From Amphiscolops sp. MND2022 (taxonomy: Eukaryota), in the NCBI GenBank assembly GCA_964187785.1, contig OZ076409.1:44890001-44954000 (forward strand): DNA of 64,000 nt, written 5' to 3'. Shown piece after piece: positions 51,528 to 64,000 of this stretch. Each line of letters starts with the position of its first letter. Within the stretch, counting starts at the first letter, position 1. The notes under the pieces were generated by a model. The model was given only the letters and a program-made list of their open reading frames with translations, made no database searches and was not told where the DNA came from. The translations under genes were made by a program, and so were the position numbers.

Positions 51528-52024
51528 CTTCCCAATTTGCCGTAACAAACAGCTGCCATAAGAAATAATCTATCTTGATTCGTCACTGCAACTGAAGATT
51601 TTTGAAGGGCTTCAAAGCAATCAACAGTTTCTTGCCACTTCCTGGCCTCAAATGCGGCGTTGATGAAACTTTCAAAAATGGCTCTTTTCGGCTGCTCAGA
51701 AGAATGGTTGATGATGTAATCATAGAGGCTTTTGATGGTGCGGTACCATTCCACTTTGTGAGACGTACATTCCTTCTCACTGAGCAAAGTTTCAATGAAA
51801 GAGTCCCTGTGCTTTTTCCAGGGTTTTTGTGTTTTCCTTGCAGTGTATCGCTCCTGTTTCAAGAGTTGCAGGACTGGTAAGACAGGGAACCTCTCCCCTA
51901 TTTTTGTTCCGAGGCTTTCTGAGAGACACGTCCACTCTTCGGGACTTAGGTATCTACCTAAGTAAGCATTAGATACCAACTTTCGGCGGATATGAATTAA
52001 AATGCCCCTCATAACCATTTTCAT
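51528..52024 (-). CDS. PRORP: Protein-only RNase P (PRORP/MRPP3-like), coding exon 1
   Basis: ATG at 52024, basic N-terminus resembling a mitochondrial presequence, helical PPR-like segment. Phase-2 donor AG|GTGGGT matches exon 2 phase. Confidence 0.75.
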
Positions 52025-52413
52025 ACCATATTTATTGACTGAAAAAAATCCAAAATATCCTCTTCTGTCTTAAGAACTAGAACTATATATATTGGCATTA
52101 AGTTTTCAATCAAGCTTTTGCAAGAAAGTGTCGTAGATCGAAGTGCGTGTAATACCTAGCTATACATGCCATGGTTCATATGCAGCGCGCAATTCAGAAA
52201 TTGGTCAAATTTCATGACAAATCCACTAAATTTCAAACTACCATTGACAAAGGGAAAACGTCTGATGCCAGGACGAGGCATAAAAAAGAAACGCAACAAA
52301 GCGGGTTTTCAGCATTTCTTAAGAGAATTATTCCACTCAATGAATGTAAAACTCGTAAATATAACGAGGTGCTTAGTTTTGTTATCAATTGACAAGAATT
52401 ATTCCGGAATAAA

Positions 52414-52494
52414 GAAAAAGCGTGTGGTTTAGAAAAAGCGTGTAGTTTAGAAAAAGCGTGTAGTTTAGAAAAAGCGTGTAGTTTAGAAGAAGCG
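52414..52494. repeat. 18-bp minisatellite, ~4.5 copies
   Basis: GAAAAAGCGTGTAGTTTA repeated. Confidence 0.9.
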
Positions 52495-52701
52495 CAGAAA
52501 GATCGTCGTTGGAACGCATCAAACGTTTTTTTTTCAATCTTCAGAACGTTAGAAATATGTAAAAACCACACCAAATCTCAAGCGTAAAAAACAGCCATTT
52601 CAATTCAAAATTTAATAAATTCAGAAATCTTCAATAATCTACAAACAATATCTATTTTAACATAATAACACTGAAAGCATAATCAAAGAAATATTGGAAG
52701 A

Positions 52702-53264
52702 TTAACTTTCAGGAGAATAGTTAGGGAGCATTTCTGTAAAAAGGTAAAGACTGTTCAATTTCTTCAAAGCTCCAGAGGCTGAAATTTTTTGCATGAGACC
52801 TACAAACTTCCAAGCAGCCAATCTGGCAGTGGGTAGTAAAAGAACTAGTCTATAAAGTCTGTTTTTGTCACCAGGATGACGAGAAGACACAAAATCACGC
52901 AAGGTGTCGTGTAACTGATCCTGCATTTTTTCCACGTCAGCAGCTGCACTCAGTTTCATTGCATCGGGGCAGCAAAGAGTCATTGCCTTGAGAAGCACCT
53001 TTTCCTCACTGCACAATTTGGATTGATGGACCCGGTAGATGGTGGTCAGTGAAAACTCCACGAAGTTCAGCAGATGGGGTTTGTTCCTTAAAAGCTCCGA
53101 GTCCAAACTTGCATCTGCTGTGAATGTGATGGAACTGAAGTTCTGAGATGGCTCATCGTCTTGCAATTGAGAGACTGATCTAAAAGCTACGTTAAGGATG
53201 AACAGATCCGCCCAGCTGTTGTGAATGAGGCGTAACTGGTCCTCTTCTGATAGTTCCAGGAAGC
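52702..53264 (-). CDS. ERR: Nuclear receptor ligand-binding domain, terminal exon; estrogen-related receptor (NR3B)-like
   Basis: GFLELSEEDQLRLIHNSWADLFIL, EEKVLLKAMTL, VEKMQDQLHDTL, LVLLLP and AF-2 LFTEML. Acceptor TTCTAG. Confidence 0.85.
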
Positions 53265-54071
53265 CTAGAAAGAAAAGAAGTTGACAGAAACTTTAACTCC
53301 TCCGATCAAATCAATAAATGCATTTGTCGATTGAATAAAAAGAATGGGATAGCCCACGAAAATTGTGATGTTTACTGATGAAGCGCAATTGTCTCGCAAT
53401 GAAAGTTGGTACATTTATATGCCAATAAGTACAAAGCATTGCAACGTTAGTGTACGTGGTATCAGCAAAAGAGTAGAAATCGACCAGGTGCGATATGTAT
53501 GGAATGAATTGATATCACAGACGGTAAAATGAACCGAGTTATCCTAGTTTCAAATATTCAACTGGTGCTCTCGTTCCGGTGCGCCCACCCGTTGAAAAAA
53601 TCAGTAAACCGCCCCTGAAAGAGACCATGGACTCAAAGAAAACGAGCTACACTAGGGCACCAAAACACTAAAGACACTTTATTTCAAATCTAAAATCGCG
53701 ATAAATTTGCACATAATTAATAGACACAAAAGTCTTTGGAACAAAACATTTCAAATTTCAATCAGAATTACAGATTTATTTTTTGTTTTGAACTCACACA
53801 AAAACTACAAAAATTAGTAGCTAACGAAAGGCTTCGCTAATTTTTGACGTGTTTTTCGAAATTCATCATGCAATATACCGAGAACAGCTGTTTTCAACGA
53901 AAAGTGTTAATACAAACCTTGTACCTTTGACTCAGATCTCTAACTTTTGAATTTAACACTTTCTGAAAATGCCCTCCTTAAGAATTTGCACCACAAAATG
54001 CATAATATTCAATTTTTACTCGGCAGAAATATTGTTTCGACGAAACTACATGTTTTTCGTTATTCATTTTT

Positions 54072-54645
54072 AGTCGGCGCCTTTTCTCTTAATGAAAAAA
54101 GCCCGACTATTACAGTGGGTAGTTTTTTTCAGTTGACAATCTCACTCTGAATGGTCCACTTTTCTTACAATTCTTACAATCCTACAAGTTCTTACAATTC
54201 TTACTCAGCAAATTTATAAATACTGGCGCAAAAAAAGCTGACTAAGTACATTTTACATCATCTAAGAAACTCAACGGCACCAAAGGATACTCCCTTAGAG
54301 TATTTTCGGCTCTGTGAGACTTTTCGGAAAAAAATTCCCCAAAGGATCCCCTTCAATCTTTTAGTTTTCCGACAGAACGGATGCTGAAAAATCCCAACGG
54401 GTCCCCTCTTTCAGTTTTTTCGGCGTTGAGACTTTTTTCAATTTTTTTTACCAAAAGGACCCCTTCTTTTTTGATGATTTGCAACAAAATGGATGAAAAA
54501 TCTCAGTGTCCCCTATGGTGCGCCAATTCGGTTGAGTTTTTGGCTTTTTCGGTTACTGCAGAAGAGAATACTTTGACACTTCGAAGTCCTTTTGCTATTT
54601 TTGAGCCTTAGATATGGCACCGTCTTGAGTCGTTCCAGGCTTGTT
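54072..54645 (+). mobile_element. HINE-like family A copy, diverged
   Basis: 5' hairpin intact, 3' subTIR and stem-loop decayed. Confidence 0.7.
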
Positions 54646-55478
54646 TTACAAAGCACTTTCAGAATAAATGCTAGATATGAAAGTTGAAGAACGGCGCCAC
54701 GGCTACAAAAATGATTGAGGAAGGTTTTTCTTTTGAGAATTTTCCGAGTTTTGAACAGTTTCTGAGTTATTGAAAACGTTCTAAAATTCCTCGGAATACT
54801 GTGTGAAATTACTTCGATTACTTACTGTGCAAAATTTTGCCTCGATTTCAAAACAAAAAATACCCGTGTATTACTGATCAAAATTTGGGTGACTTTTTGT
54901 AGAATGAATATATCACATGATTTCGCGTCATGAAAATTTTCGTTACCCAAGTCGACTGTTCTTAGCTTTTTGGTACCCAAGTGTAGTTGTATATGCATTA
55001 GATGAACGTTGATAAGACACAAGATGAGAACAGTCCAAGTCAGCGGCCGCTGAAGTCTAAAGAACAAAGTCTTTTGAAAATGTTCAGGGACAATTATTGA
55101 GGACAATCTTACAAGGCCGAAAAATATTTGCAAGAGGCAGTAAAATTGTTATTCAAAAAGAAAGGAATAAAAAAACATTCAATGTTTCCGCAACTGTAAA
55201 TAACGTGGAAACGACAAGACGTCCACGACTGGCAAATTGATGGAATCAGCTTTTATCAGCTTTCTAATAGTCACTGCTGACTTGCAGCAATAAACCATCT
55301 GCGGTACAGGAGTTGGCTTAGGTCTTTTTCCTTCTGACTAGCTCGAATACCAGTCATACGAGTTTGATGCCATTGTACATATAGGACTCTAATATGGTGT
55401 GGAAGGACTGTAGAAAATTTCGTTCAAATCGTATGGAGAGTTTGAGAAAATAAAAAAAGTCGAAAAATGGCTGTTTTT

Positions 55479-57093
55479 AGTCGGCGCTTTTCCATTAAGG
55501 GAAAAATGCCCGACTATAGCAGTGACTGTTTTAAGTCGGCGCTTTTCTAGGGAAAAGTGCCCGACTCTTACAGTGGCTAGTTTTTTAGTCGGCGCTTTAT
55601 CCTTTTAAGGAAAAATGCCCGACTATAGCAGTGACCTTTTTTTTTCTTCAGCCTCACACTGATCGGTCCACTTTTTAGAAACACTCCTGAAACCACCCAA
55701 GGCGCCCAGTCCGGCAAATAAGGCCAAGGCAAATTCAGTGCAAACCTTTTTCAAGGTAACCTACAAAATCGGACGTGACTACAGAGTCCCCCCTTTCGAT
55801 TTTTCGATTTTTTTTCGGCACTGTGCGACTTTTTTCGAAAATTTTTCTGTCTCCAAAGGGTCCCCCCTTTCATTTTGTACTTTTTTAACGTAATCTACAA
55901 AACCGTCCGAGGCTAAAGGGTCCCCCCTTTTGATTTTTTTCTGCACTGTGCAACATTTTCCTTAAAAATTTTTTTTCGAAAATTTCAAGTTTTTTTTCGA
56001 AAAAAATGTTTTGCGCTTTTTGAGCCTTAGATATAGCGCCGACTTTAGACGTTCTCGTCTTGTTTTCTTTTTTTTTCGTCAGACCACAGACCTCATCGCG
56101 TATGTACCACTTTTTACAGACTTCACTCTCGCTCACATGTACTCGTCAGTACTCGGTTTACGGTGAACCCAGCGGTAACGGGTTCGAGTCCTTGCTTTAG
56201 CCAGAACTTTTTCGAGCAATTCTTTTCGGCACTGTGCGACTTTTTTTCGAATTTTTTTTTGTCGTCAAAGGGTCCCCCTTCAAGTTTTTTGATATTTTGC
56301 AGCAAACTGAAGTTTCAAAAAGCCCGAAGGGTCCCCCTTTCTAGTTTTTCGGCACTATGAGATTGTTTCAAAAATCTATTTTTCGTTTTTTTTTCGAAAA
56401 TTTTTCCAAAAATTTTTTAAATATTTTTAAAATAATGTCTCTAAAGGGTCCCCCCTCAACTTTTTTGATATTTTGCAACAGACTGGATTTTCAAAAAGTC
56501 AAAAGGGTCCCCCCTTTAACAATTTTTTTTTAAATGCGCTTTTTTGAGCCTTAGATATAGCGCCGACTTTAGACGTTCCCGTCTTGTTTTTTCTTCAGAC
56601 TACAATCCTCACACTGATCGGTCCACTTTTTAGAAACAATCCTGAAACCACCTAAGGCGCCCAGTCCGGCAAAGGGGCCAAGGCAAACTTAGTGCAAAGA
56701 GTCCCCCCTTTCGAATTTTTTCGGCACTGTGCGACTTTTTTTCCAATTTTTTTTGTCTCCAAAGGGTCCCCCTCTTCATTTTTTACTTTTTTAACGTAAC
56801 CTACAAAACCGGCCGAGGCTAAGGTTCCCCCCTTTTGATTTTTTTCGGCACTGTGCGACTTTTTTCGAGAATTTTTAATGTCCCCAAAGGGTCCCCCTTT
56901 GAGTTTTTTGTTATTTTGCAACAGAATGCATGTTTGGAAATCAAAAAGGGTCCCATCTTTTACATTTTTCGGCACTGTGCGACATTTTCCGAAAGAAAAA
57001 ATTTTTCGAAAATTTCAAGTTTTTTTCAATAAAATTGTTTTGCGCTTTTTGAGCCTTAGATATAGCGCCGACTTTAGACGTTCCCGTCTTGTT
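55479..57093 (+). mobile_element. Three nested family-A HINE-like elements
   Basis: 5' ends at 55479, 55534, 55587. 3' ends at ~56064, ~56588, ~57093. Confidence 0.88.
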
Positions 57094-58216
57094 TTTACTA
57101 TCTTTGAGCATGTTTTTCACATCCTAGACAAACGATTTTGATACCATTGCACACGGAGGGGCCCTTTTGGGTGTAGAATGACTGTGTAAAATTTTATGGA
57201 AATCGTATGGACAGTTTTTGAGAAATGTTCATTGAAAGGTCGGGAGAAAAAACGACACGATTGCATAAGTAGTCGAAATTTTTTCCGACTCCCTAAAAGG
57301 CCTTCGGGTTTTTCAAGAAGCCGGAAAGGAAACGAACTGATTGATGTGCAAAACAGGCGCCTGCTCAGAGCTCAAATAAGTAAAGTCGCGTTTGGACACA
57401 AAAAGGGATTTTCCCTACTGGAAAATTCCAAAAAAAAATCAAACAGGGACCTTTTTGTGAAAAAGTCGCACAAAGCCAAGAAACCCACATATAGCTTTGT
57501 AATTCAAATGAATGTCAAATTATTAAAGAGAGGACACTTTGAAAGATGTTCGCCCTTTTTAGATCTTGGGCGTATTACAGAGCGCCCCAGACAAAAGCGC
57601 CCATTTTACACAGACATGAGCGCAACAATACAAACCGCCTAGCTGATTTTAAGCTGTTTTCATCTATTATTAAATATAAATGAAGGTGTTTAAACAAGAT
57701 AACATGTAATTGGTAATACCTTGTTTAACAATTTGGCACCGAACAAATTCCAATTGAAAACGACCTAAACTTAATTTTGACATTTCTGCCAATAAAATAT
57801 TAATTTCTTAAAAAAGCAATTAGTCAAAACACTGTTTTAAAATGAAAATCTCAATTATTTAATTGGAGTGAGAAACCTAAAGTTGGTGGCTTAAAAGAGT
57901 TAGCAAATTCCATGTAGCGTTTGATTGAGGCGCTTTTGGCTGTGTATTTTGGGCGCTTTTGTCTGGTAACCATGACAGATCTTTATTTTATTCTGTTTCT
58001 TCATTTCATAAAGCGCGGACAAGACAATTTGTACTCACCTAAGTTCTCACGTGTTCTTGAGAATTTCAAAGTTTCAGCAGTGATGTCTTGTTTCAAAATT
58101 TTTTGAGTTGAAAGGTTTGAAGCTGACAAAAAGTAACCGGGATACTTTCTCGTATTCAACCTTCTGACCCCAAAAGAATTCTTCCAATACTGAAAGTAGT
58201 AACAACTGCTTTCTAT

Positions 58217-58678
58217 GGTATGCGGAAAACTCGTCGAAAACAACTCGCCGAATACAACTCGTCGAAATTAAAGGGCGGAAAACTCGTCGAAAATTAACTC
58301 GTCGAATAATAATTGAGTGCAAACTCGTCGAATAATTACAGATTACAAACGGATTATCCAGTTCCAATTATGGATTAATTTTCCTTAATTGATGCGTGAA
58401 ATTTTCAGTTTTACGCATAATATAGCCTTTTTAGTTATATAATTGCATGAAATATTTCACTTTTATAGTTTACAGTGTAATACTTCATATTAAGTTAGAA
58501 CTTGATAACACAGTACGATGACTAAGTTAGCGCTATATTTGTCTGAGATTATTTTCTGTCCTTGCGACGAGTTTTCCGCCGGAGCATTTTCGGCAAGTTG
58601 CTTTTCGACGAGTTTTCCGCTTAGTATTTTCGACCAGTTGTTTTCGGCGAGTTTTTTTCGACGAGTTTTCCTAGATTC
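58217..58678. mobile_element. Foldback/Mutator-like MITE
   Basis: AACTCGTCGAA repeats mirrored at the right end. Perfect 9-bp TSD GCTTTCTAT (58208-58216, 58679-58687). Confidence 0.85.
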
Positions 58679-59189
58679 GCTTTCTATATCATCCCAAGTT
58701 TTCATGAGCAAAGGCGTTGTAGAGAGTATCAACCTTGGTGTGATTTGAAATAAAAAAGCACATGGCACCAAAGGGTAATCTGGGTTTTTTGGCACTGTGC
58801 TACTTTTTTCTGAAAATTTTCAATTTCACAAAAGGGCTTTCCGTTTTTTTTTGGTTTTCAATTAGACAAAGGCTTTTTGAAGCTAAAAAAGCCCTCCGAA
58901 TATTTTTGACATTTTTGAGAATTTTTTCAAAATAGTTTCTAAGCAATTTGAAGTCCTTTGGGCATTTCTAGCCTCCAGCAGGGCGATGACTTCTGCCGTA
59001 ATTCCGGCATTAATCTCTGGGCGCCACATCTCTGCATTCAAAAATTCAGATCTTCACTTCAATGCCTCGTTCGTCCCACTGGACTTGAAACATGAATTGT
59101 TTTTCTCAAAAAAAAGAAGCTAGTAAAAAAACTTGATAAGCTTGGAAGAAAGCGGCATGAACAAACTGCTCAAAAAGTGGACTCTACAC

Positions 59190-61371
59190 CAGTGTTGGCT
59201 GAAAAAAAACACCCATGTTTTAAATCACTGTTTCAAACTGTTTTAAATCACTGTTTTAAACAAGATTGATTTTAACAAAGGTTTTAAATGTTTTTTTTTC
59301 TTTCAGGTAGTCATGCTTCAGCGACAAAATTCAGGTCGTAAACGTGATCAGGTATGGAACTATTTCGAAACGTTAGCGAATGGGCGAGCCAAATGCAAGG
59401 ATTGTGCGTTTGATATTGTTCCATTAGTGGAAAGGATGAAAAAACATCGACTGATCCATGACGGAACTGAAGATCACGATGTACCAGCCAAACAATTGAA
59501 GATGGACCGACATGTTTCTAAAAGAACTCCGAAGGAGAAAAGCAAGTTTGATATGAACGTGGCCAAATTCTTTTATGCTTGTAACATTCCATTTAATGCA
59601 GCTGACTCTCCGGCTTTCAAAGAAATGATATGATTGAGATGCTCCATCCTGGATATCGTCCTCCGACTCGAAAAGAAATTGCAGGCCAACTTTTGGATCA
59701 AGTACACTCGGAGCTTATTGTGGACGCAAAGGACGATTTGGCTGATAAAGATGTCACGTTAGGAGTAGATGGATGGTCTAATGTCAATAATGATGCAATC
59801 ATTGCCTTCACAGTTCAAAAAGGACCCAAAATCTACATTGTACATTCCGAAGACACCGAAGACAATAGACATACCGCAGACTACATGGCAGAACTTGTAG
59901 CAAAAAAGTTCCCGAAATTGAAGATAAATTCAAATGTAAAATTTCGGGTCTTGTAACTGATAATGCCGGTAATGTTTCCAAGATGCGAAGAATTGTAGGA
60001 TCAAAATATGAGAATATTATTGAGTTTGGATGCAATGCACTTCAACTCAATTTGCGTAACAAAATCCGAGCTGAAGCATGCAGGAGAATGGATAAAAGCT
60101 GAATATCCAAAAGCTGTTTCTGACTTCTTTGATTTCATAGGCGATGGTAGAGATAAAATTGAACAAGACGAGAACGTCTAAAGTCGGCGCCATATCTAAG
60201 GCTCAAAAAGCGCAAAAGACTTTTTTTGAAAAAAACTTAAAATTTTTTTTTCGAAATTTTATCGAATTTTTTCGAAAAACCAAAAAAATGGACTGAGTGG
60301 CGCGCCGGGGCCCGCTAGCGCGAGCCCCTGGCGCGCTAAAAGAGGGACACTTCCGAAATTGTCAACATTTTTGTTGCAGTTGAAGGAGGAACCCTTTGGA
60401 GAAAAAACAAATTTTCGAAAAAAAAGTCTCACAATGCCGAAAAACTGAAAGGGGGGACCCTTTGGGATTTTTAAACACCCAATGTGTTGTAAAATATCAA
60501 AGAAATTGAAGGGGGACCCTTTGGAGAGAAAATAATTTTCGGAAAAAATCTCACAGTGCCGAAAAAACTGAAAGGAGGGACCTTTTGGGGTTTTTCACCA
60601 TCCGTTCAGTCGCAAAACATCAAAAAATTGAAGGGATGAAAATTTTTTATTCTCGAAAAAAAATCTCACAGTGCCGAAAAAAACTGAAAGGGGGGACCCT
60701 TTGGAATTTTCCAACATCCATTTTGTCGCAAAACAGCAAAAAATTGAAGGGGGGACCCTTTGGAGACAAAAAAAAAAATTTCGAAAAAAAAGTCGCACAG
60801 TGCCGAAAAAAACTCAAAGGGGGGACCCTATTGTCTCGTCAGGTTTTGTATCTTACGATAAAAATGGAGTAACTGAAAGGGGGGACCCTTTGCACTATCT
60901 TAAATACGCTCCCCGTTTGCCGATCCAGTACTTTAGTTTAGTAGTTCTGTTCTGTAAAAAGTGTCCACTACGCATACATTCTGTTATCTGACGAAAAAAA
61001 AACTAGCCACTGTAATAGTCGGGCTCATTTTCTTCTAAAATGCGCCGACTAAAAAGAGTACGAAACTTGCGGTCGATCGAAACCAATTGGGTTCATGAAG
61101 AGTCAAATGATGTTTGGCAATATCGAGGAGTCAAAAGGTAACTTATCGGTGAAGTTTATGTCACTCGTTCCAATAGCTTTCAGCACCATGGGTTTTATAC
61201 AAAACGACTACAGAAATAAACTGAACAATGAAAAAGTTGTAAAATTGGCATTTTGTATGCGAACCCTGAGAAATTGAAAAAGTCTGAAAAAAACATGTTT
61301 TAAACTGTTTTAAACGTTTCAAACTGTTTTAAACGTTTTTTTTTAGATATGGTGTTTTTTATCCAACACTG
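59190..61371 (+). mobile_element. hAT transposon with disrupted, internally deleted transposase
   Basis: TIRs CAGTGTTGG / CCAACACTG, perfect 8-bp TSD CTCTACAC. BED finger, FFYACNIPF, VDGWS, VTDNA and C-terminal RNKL motifs. Frameshifts present. Confidence 0.93.
60162..61050 (-). mobile_element. HINE-like family A copy inserted in the hAT transposase
   Basis: Both termini present, expanded internal repeats. Confidence 0.8.
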
Positions 61372-61946
61372 CTCTACACATACATTTGGCTCTGACGAAA
61401 AAACTAGTCACTGTAATAGTCAGGCACCTTTCCTGAGCCGTAAGCTGAGGTTACAGATTCAAATGACTGTTATTAATTTTCATGCATTTGACCAAAATTT
61501 GAGAAAATCGAATCAACATTGAAAACGGAGGAAAATCTACCGTTGAAAGGTTGATCATCCATCACCTAGTAAACAAAACACCAAACAATTCTGAAACATA
61601 TTACATATATCAGAGTTCTGACACCGCTAATCAATGATTCATCGGCCGCGCAGAATTTTTTCAGTGATTTTAGTAGCGATTCAAATTAGCGGCAGCTAAT
61701 AGACCGTCCAAATTCAAAATTTCCTCGGAAAATACAAGGGGTTTCGAAATGAACTTCGAAAAACTCCAACTCTTACACTAGGACATATATTTACATTCTT
61801 CAATTCAACGTCTATAAGTTTAACGACTTTGAAAGCCTGTTCATTTCATTTTATCTTTATCAACTCCTTCGAAGTTGGTTTCCATTTTAAAAATTAATCT
61901 TCAGTTTTGAAACTTTAGGGTTAGATTTTGAAACGAATTGCCCTAC

Positions 61947-62153
61947 CTGGAACGTGCTTACACCAAGCTATGGTTTCCACCAGCGACTGATCACAAACCA
62001 AGGCTAAAAACTGCACCTGCTCCAAGTTGATCTCCTCCGCGATCAGTGGCGCTTGATGGGCAGGTACATCGTTGAACTTCTTGAATTGGAAGTTCAGATT
62101 GACCGGCAGAGGCTCCACTTCGAGTAGTTTGCGGATGATGTTTGCACGCATTC
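61947..62153 (-). CDS. ERR: Nuclear receptor, penultimate exon (LBD helices 1-3); upstream exons not identified in the window
   Basis: IIRKLLEVEP...CDQSLVETIAWCKHVP-G splices in phase 1 to GFLEL across an 8.7-kb intron. Confidence 0.85.
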
Positions 62154-64000
62154 CTAGTGATAAAAGTTCAATGACGTTCAGAGCATTGCAATTTACAGAA
62201 AGGAGCGGCGTCCTTCCTCATGGCAAAAGGCAACATATTTGAAGTGCAAAATTTTCGTTTCAAATAGAACACAGTTTGTTTCTGCCATTACTGCCAGCCG
62301 AGGCACGCCAAACAAAGGAGCGAGAGAACACTGGAATTGAAGTTCCATTAAAGCTGCTTTTACCAGAGTGCGAAATTCAGTTCAAATTTCAACAGAGACG
62401 GAAAAATATGAATACATTAATGCACGTGTGAATATTTGACAGCAGGCAATGTTAGACCAAAAGAAAATGTCCCCTGTTGCAAAGCAAGAATAATGCGCAC
62501 GCAAACGCCGCAAATCAATCTTAGTCTTTATGTCTCCTCGTTTTTGAAAGCACCACCACCGAGCCACGTAACATTTGCGTTTCTTCTTGGCAAAGAAATA
62601 CTACTTATCTAACTTCATTGCTATTGCATCTTTTCTAATCTGTTCTGCAGCATATTCAGACACTTCACCATGGCAAACAAGCGAATTTTTTTGTCAACTA
62701 TTCTTTCAGAAATTTCAAGTCGAATAGGAGAAAGTAGACAAAAAAGTATAATAATTGTATTTTCGTATCCTAATGCACATTTTGTCTCCCAGCAGCTCAT
62801 TTTCGATAGCAGGAAATATTCGTCAGGAGATTAGGATTACATTATTTCATGAACTGACTCTTTCACAAAACAGAAAAGCCAAAAAATTGCTTTCTTAATG
62901 ATAGAAAAATTAATTTTCAACAGGATAGAGTAAAAAAACTATATTCGAATCGAAAAAAAAGCCGTGACTCTAATTTATCACTCATTGAAAAGTATGGGTT
63001 CGTATCGAGGACTGTCCACACTGGAAAAAAAGAAGACTAATAGCATTTTCTGAAAAAAAGCAAGGTCAGAAATCCAAATTAGAAACTGCTGAGATACCTT
63101 TTCAAAACGATAGTTCCCAATTGATTGGTTAAAAACTGATAACTGGGGAAACAGCTAGCATTTTGAGTTAGAACTATGTGCCATGATCGTTGAGCAAAAC
63201 TTGAAGTTCTTGTTCTTCGAGGACAACTATTTCTCGAACAAATAGAGTAGACGTTTTTAAAAGACTCAGGGCTAGCAAGAATTTCAAAGGGTCCAGTCTC
63301 TTCCGTTTCATTCCAGAAAGAGGAAAAAACATTTTCCCTGGAGTTCTCCCATGATACTAACGCTGAGCAGATCATTGGCAACTAAATCTTTACATCTAAT
63401 TCCAGTAAACAATCCCTCATCAGATGAATCTTCTTCCAGAACCGACCTTCTCTGGACTTGGCCTTACTTCAATTGCAGGATTAGCTTGATCGTTTATAAT
63501 ACGGAGTCGGCAGGGTTTGTTTTCACCCGAATAAAATTTTCAATTATTTTGTGCCCATATTCCATATGGGAAAAGAAAATACTTCAATCAAACGGTTTTC
63601 TTTTAAACAAAATTTGCCAAGCACCAAATTTATATTCAAATTGAAGGGTGTCACCCACAGAATTCAACTCACATAAATTTGGCTTCGTGCGATATGTATT
63701 TGTAAAGACTTTTGGAAATTTTTGACAATGACGAAAATGACCCCACAATGACCCCGAAAATAACAAAGATTCCCGATTTGTTTCAACAGACATTGTGAAA
63801 TACACTATGGTAGCAAAAAGCGACGTACAGCTGAAAATTAAATCTTATTCAGTTTGTGAAGAACTTTTCATTTTCATTCTCAACCGGAAAAGAAATCAAT
63901 CACTCTTGAATTAAACATTGTTGAGAATGGTCAAACCGTTGGATTCATACGTTGTTTGCAAAATCGTTACACTTCGCCAAATGGGTTTATCATACAAACA

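Noticed and set aside
57560..57985. Possible MITE with CCAGACAAAAGCGCCC inverted repeats
   Set aside because: The inverted repeat is real, but termini and TSD could not be fixed.
41883..60991. K/F/G/P-rich ORFs in family-A elements
   Set aside because: Translations of low-complexity internal repeats.
63079..63381. 100-aa minus-strand ORF as an upstream nuclear-receptor exon
   Set aside because: No C4 zinc-finger motif, and the candidate donor is phase 2 while the next exon needs phase 1.

Overview
AT-rich animal genomic DNA (spliceosomal introns, LTR and DNA transposons, no prokaryotic features), mostly repeats. Two host genes lie on the minus strand. One is a complete five-exon protein-only RNase P gene (PRORP/MRPP3-like, 594 aa by my splice reconstruction, 40268-52024). 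The other is the last two exons of an ERR-like nuclear receptor (52702-62153), ending about 680 bp upstream of the PRORP ATG. The rest is layered transposon debris: a 2.45-kb tandem array of ~172-bp monomers (1-9179), an RT-deleted BEL/Pao element with a tandemly amplified 5' part (11080-21306), two decayed Gypsy elements, three hAT relics, several MITEs, and at least three families of non-autonomous Helentron-like (HINE/DINE-1-type) elements. The strongest signals are three. (1) HINE-like elements insert into the T-tract just behind their own 5' end, as in the triple nest at 55479-57093. (2) A 6 x 1065-bp satellite appears to record its origin from such self-nesting followed by unequal exchange. 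(3) Two tRNA-like Pol III cassettes with terminators sit in the BEL LTR and 3' UTR. All family assignments come from motif recognition by eye; no database searches were run.
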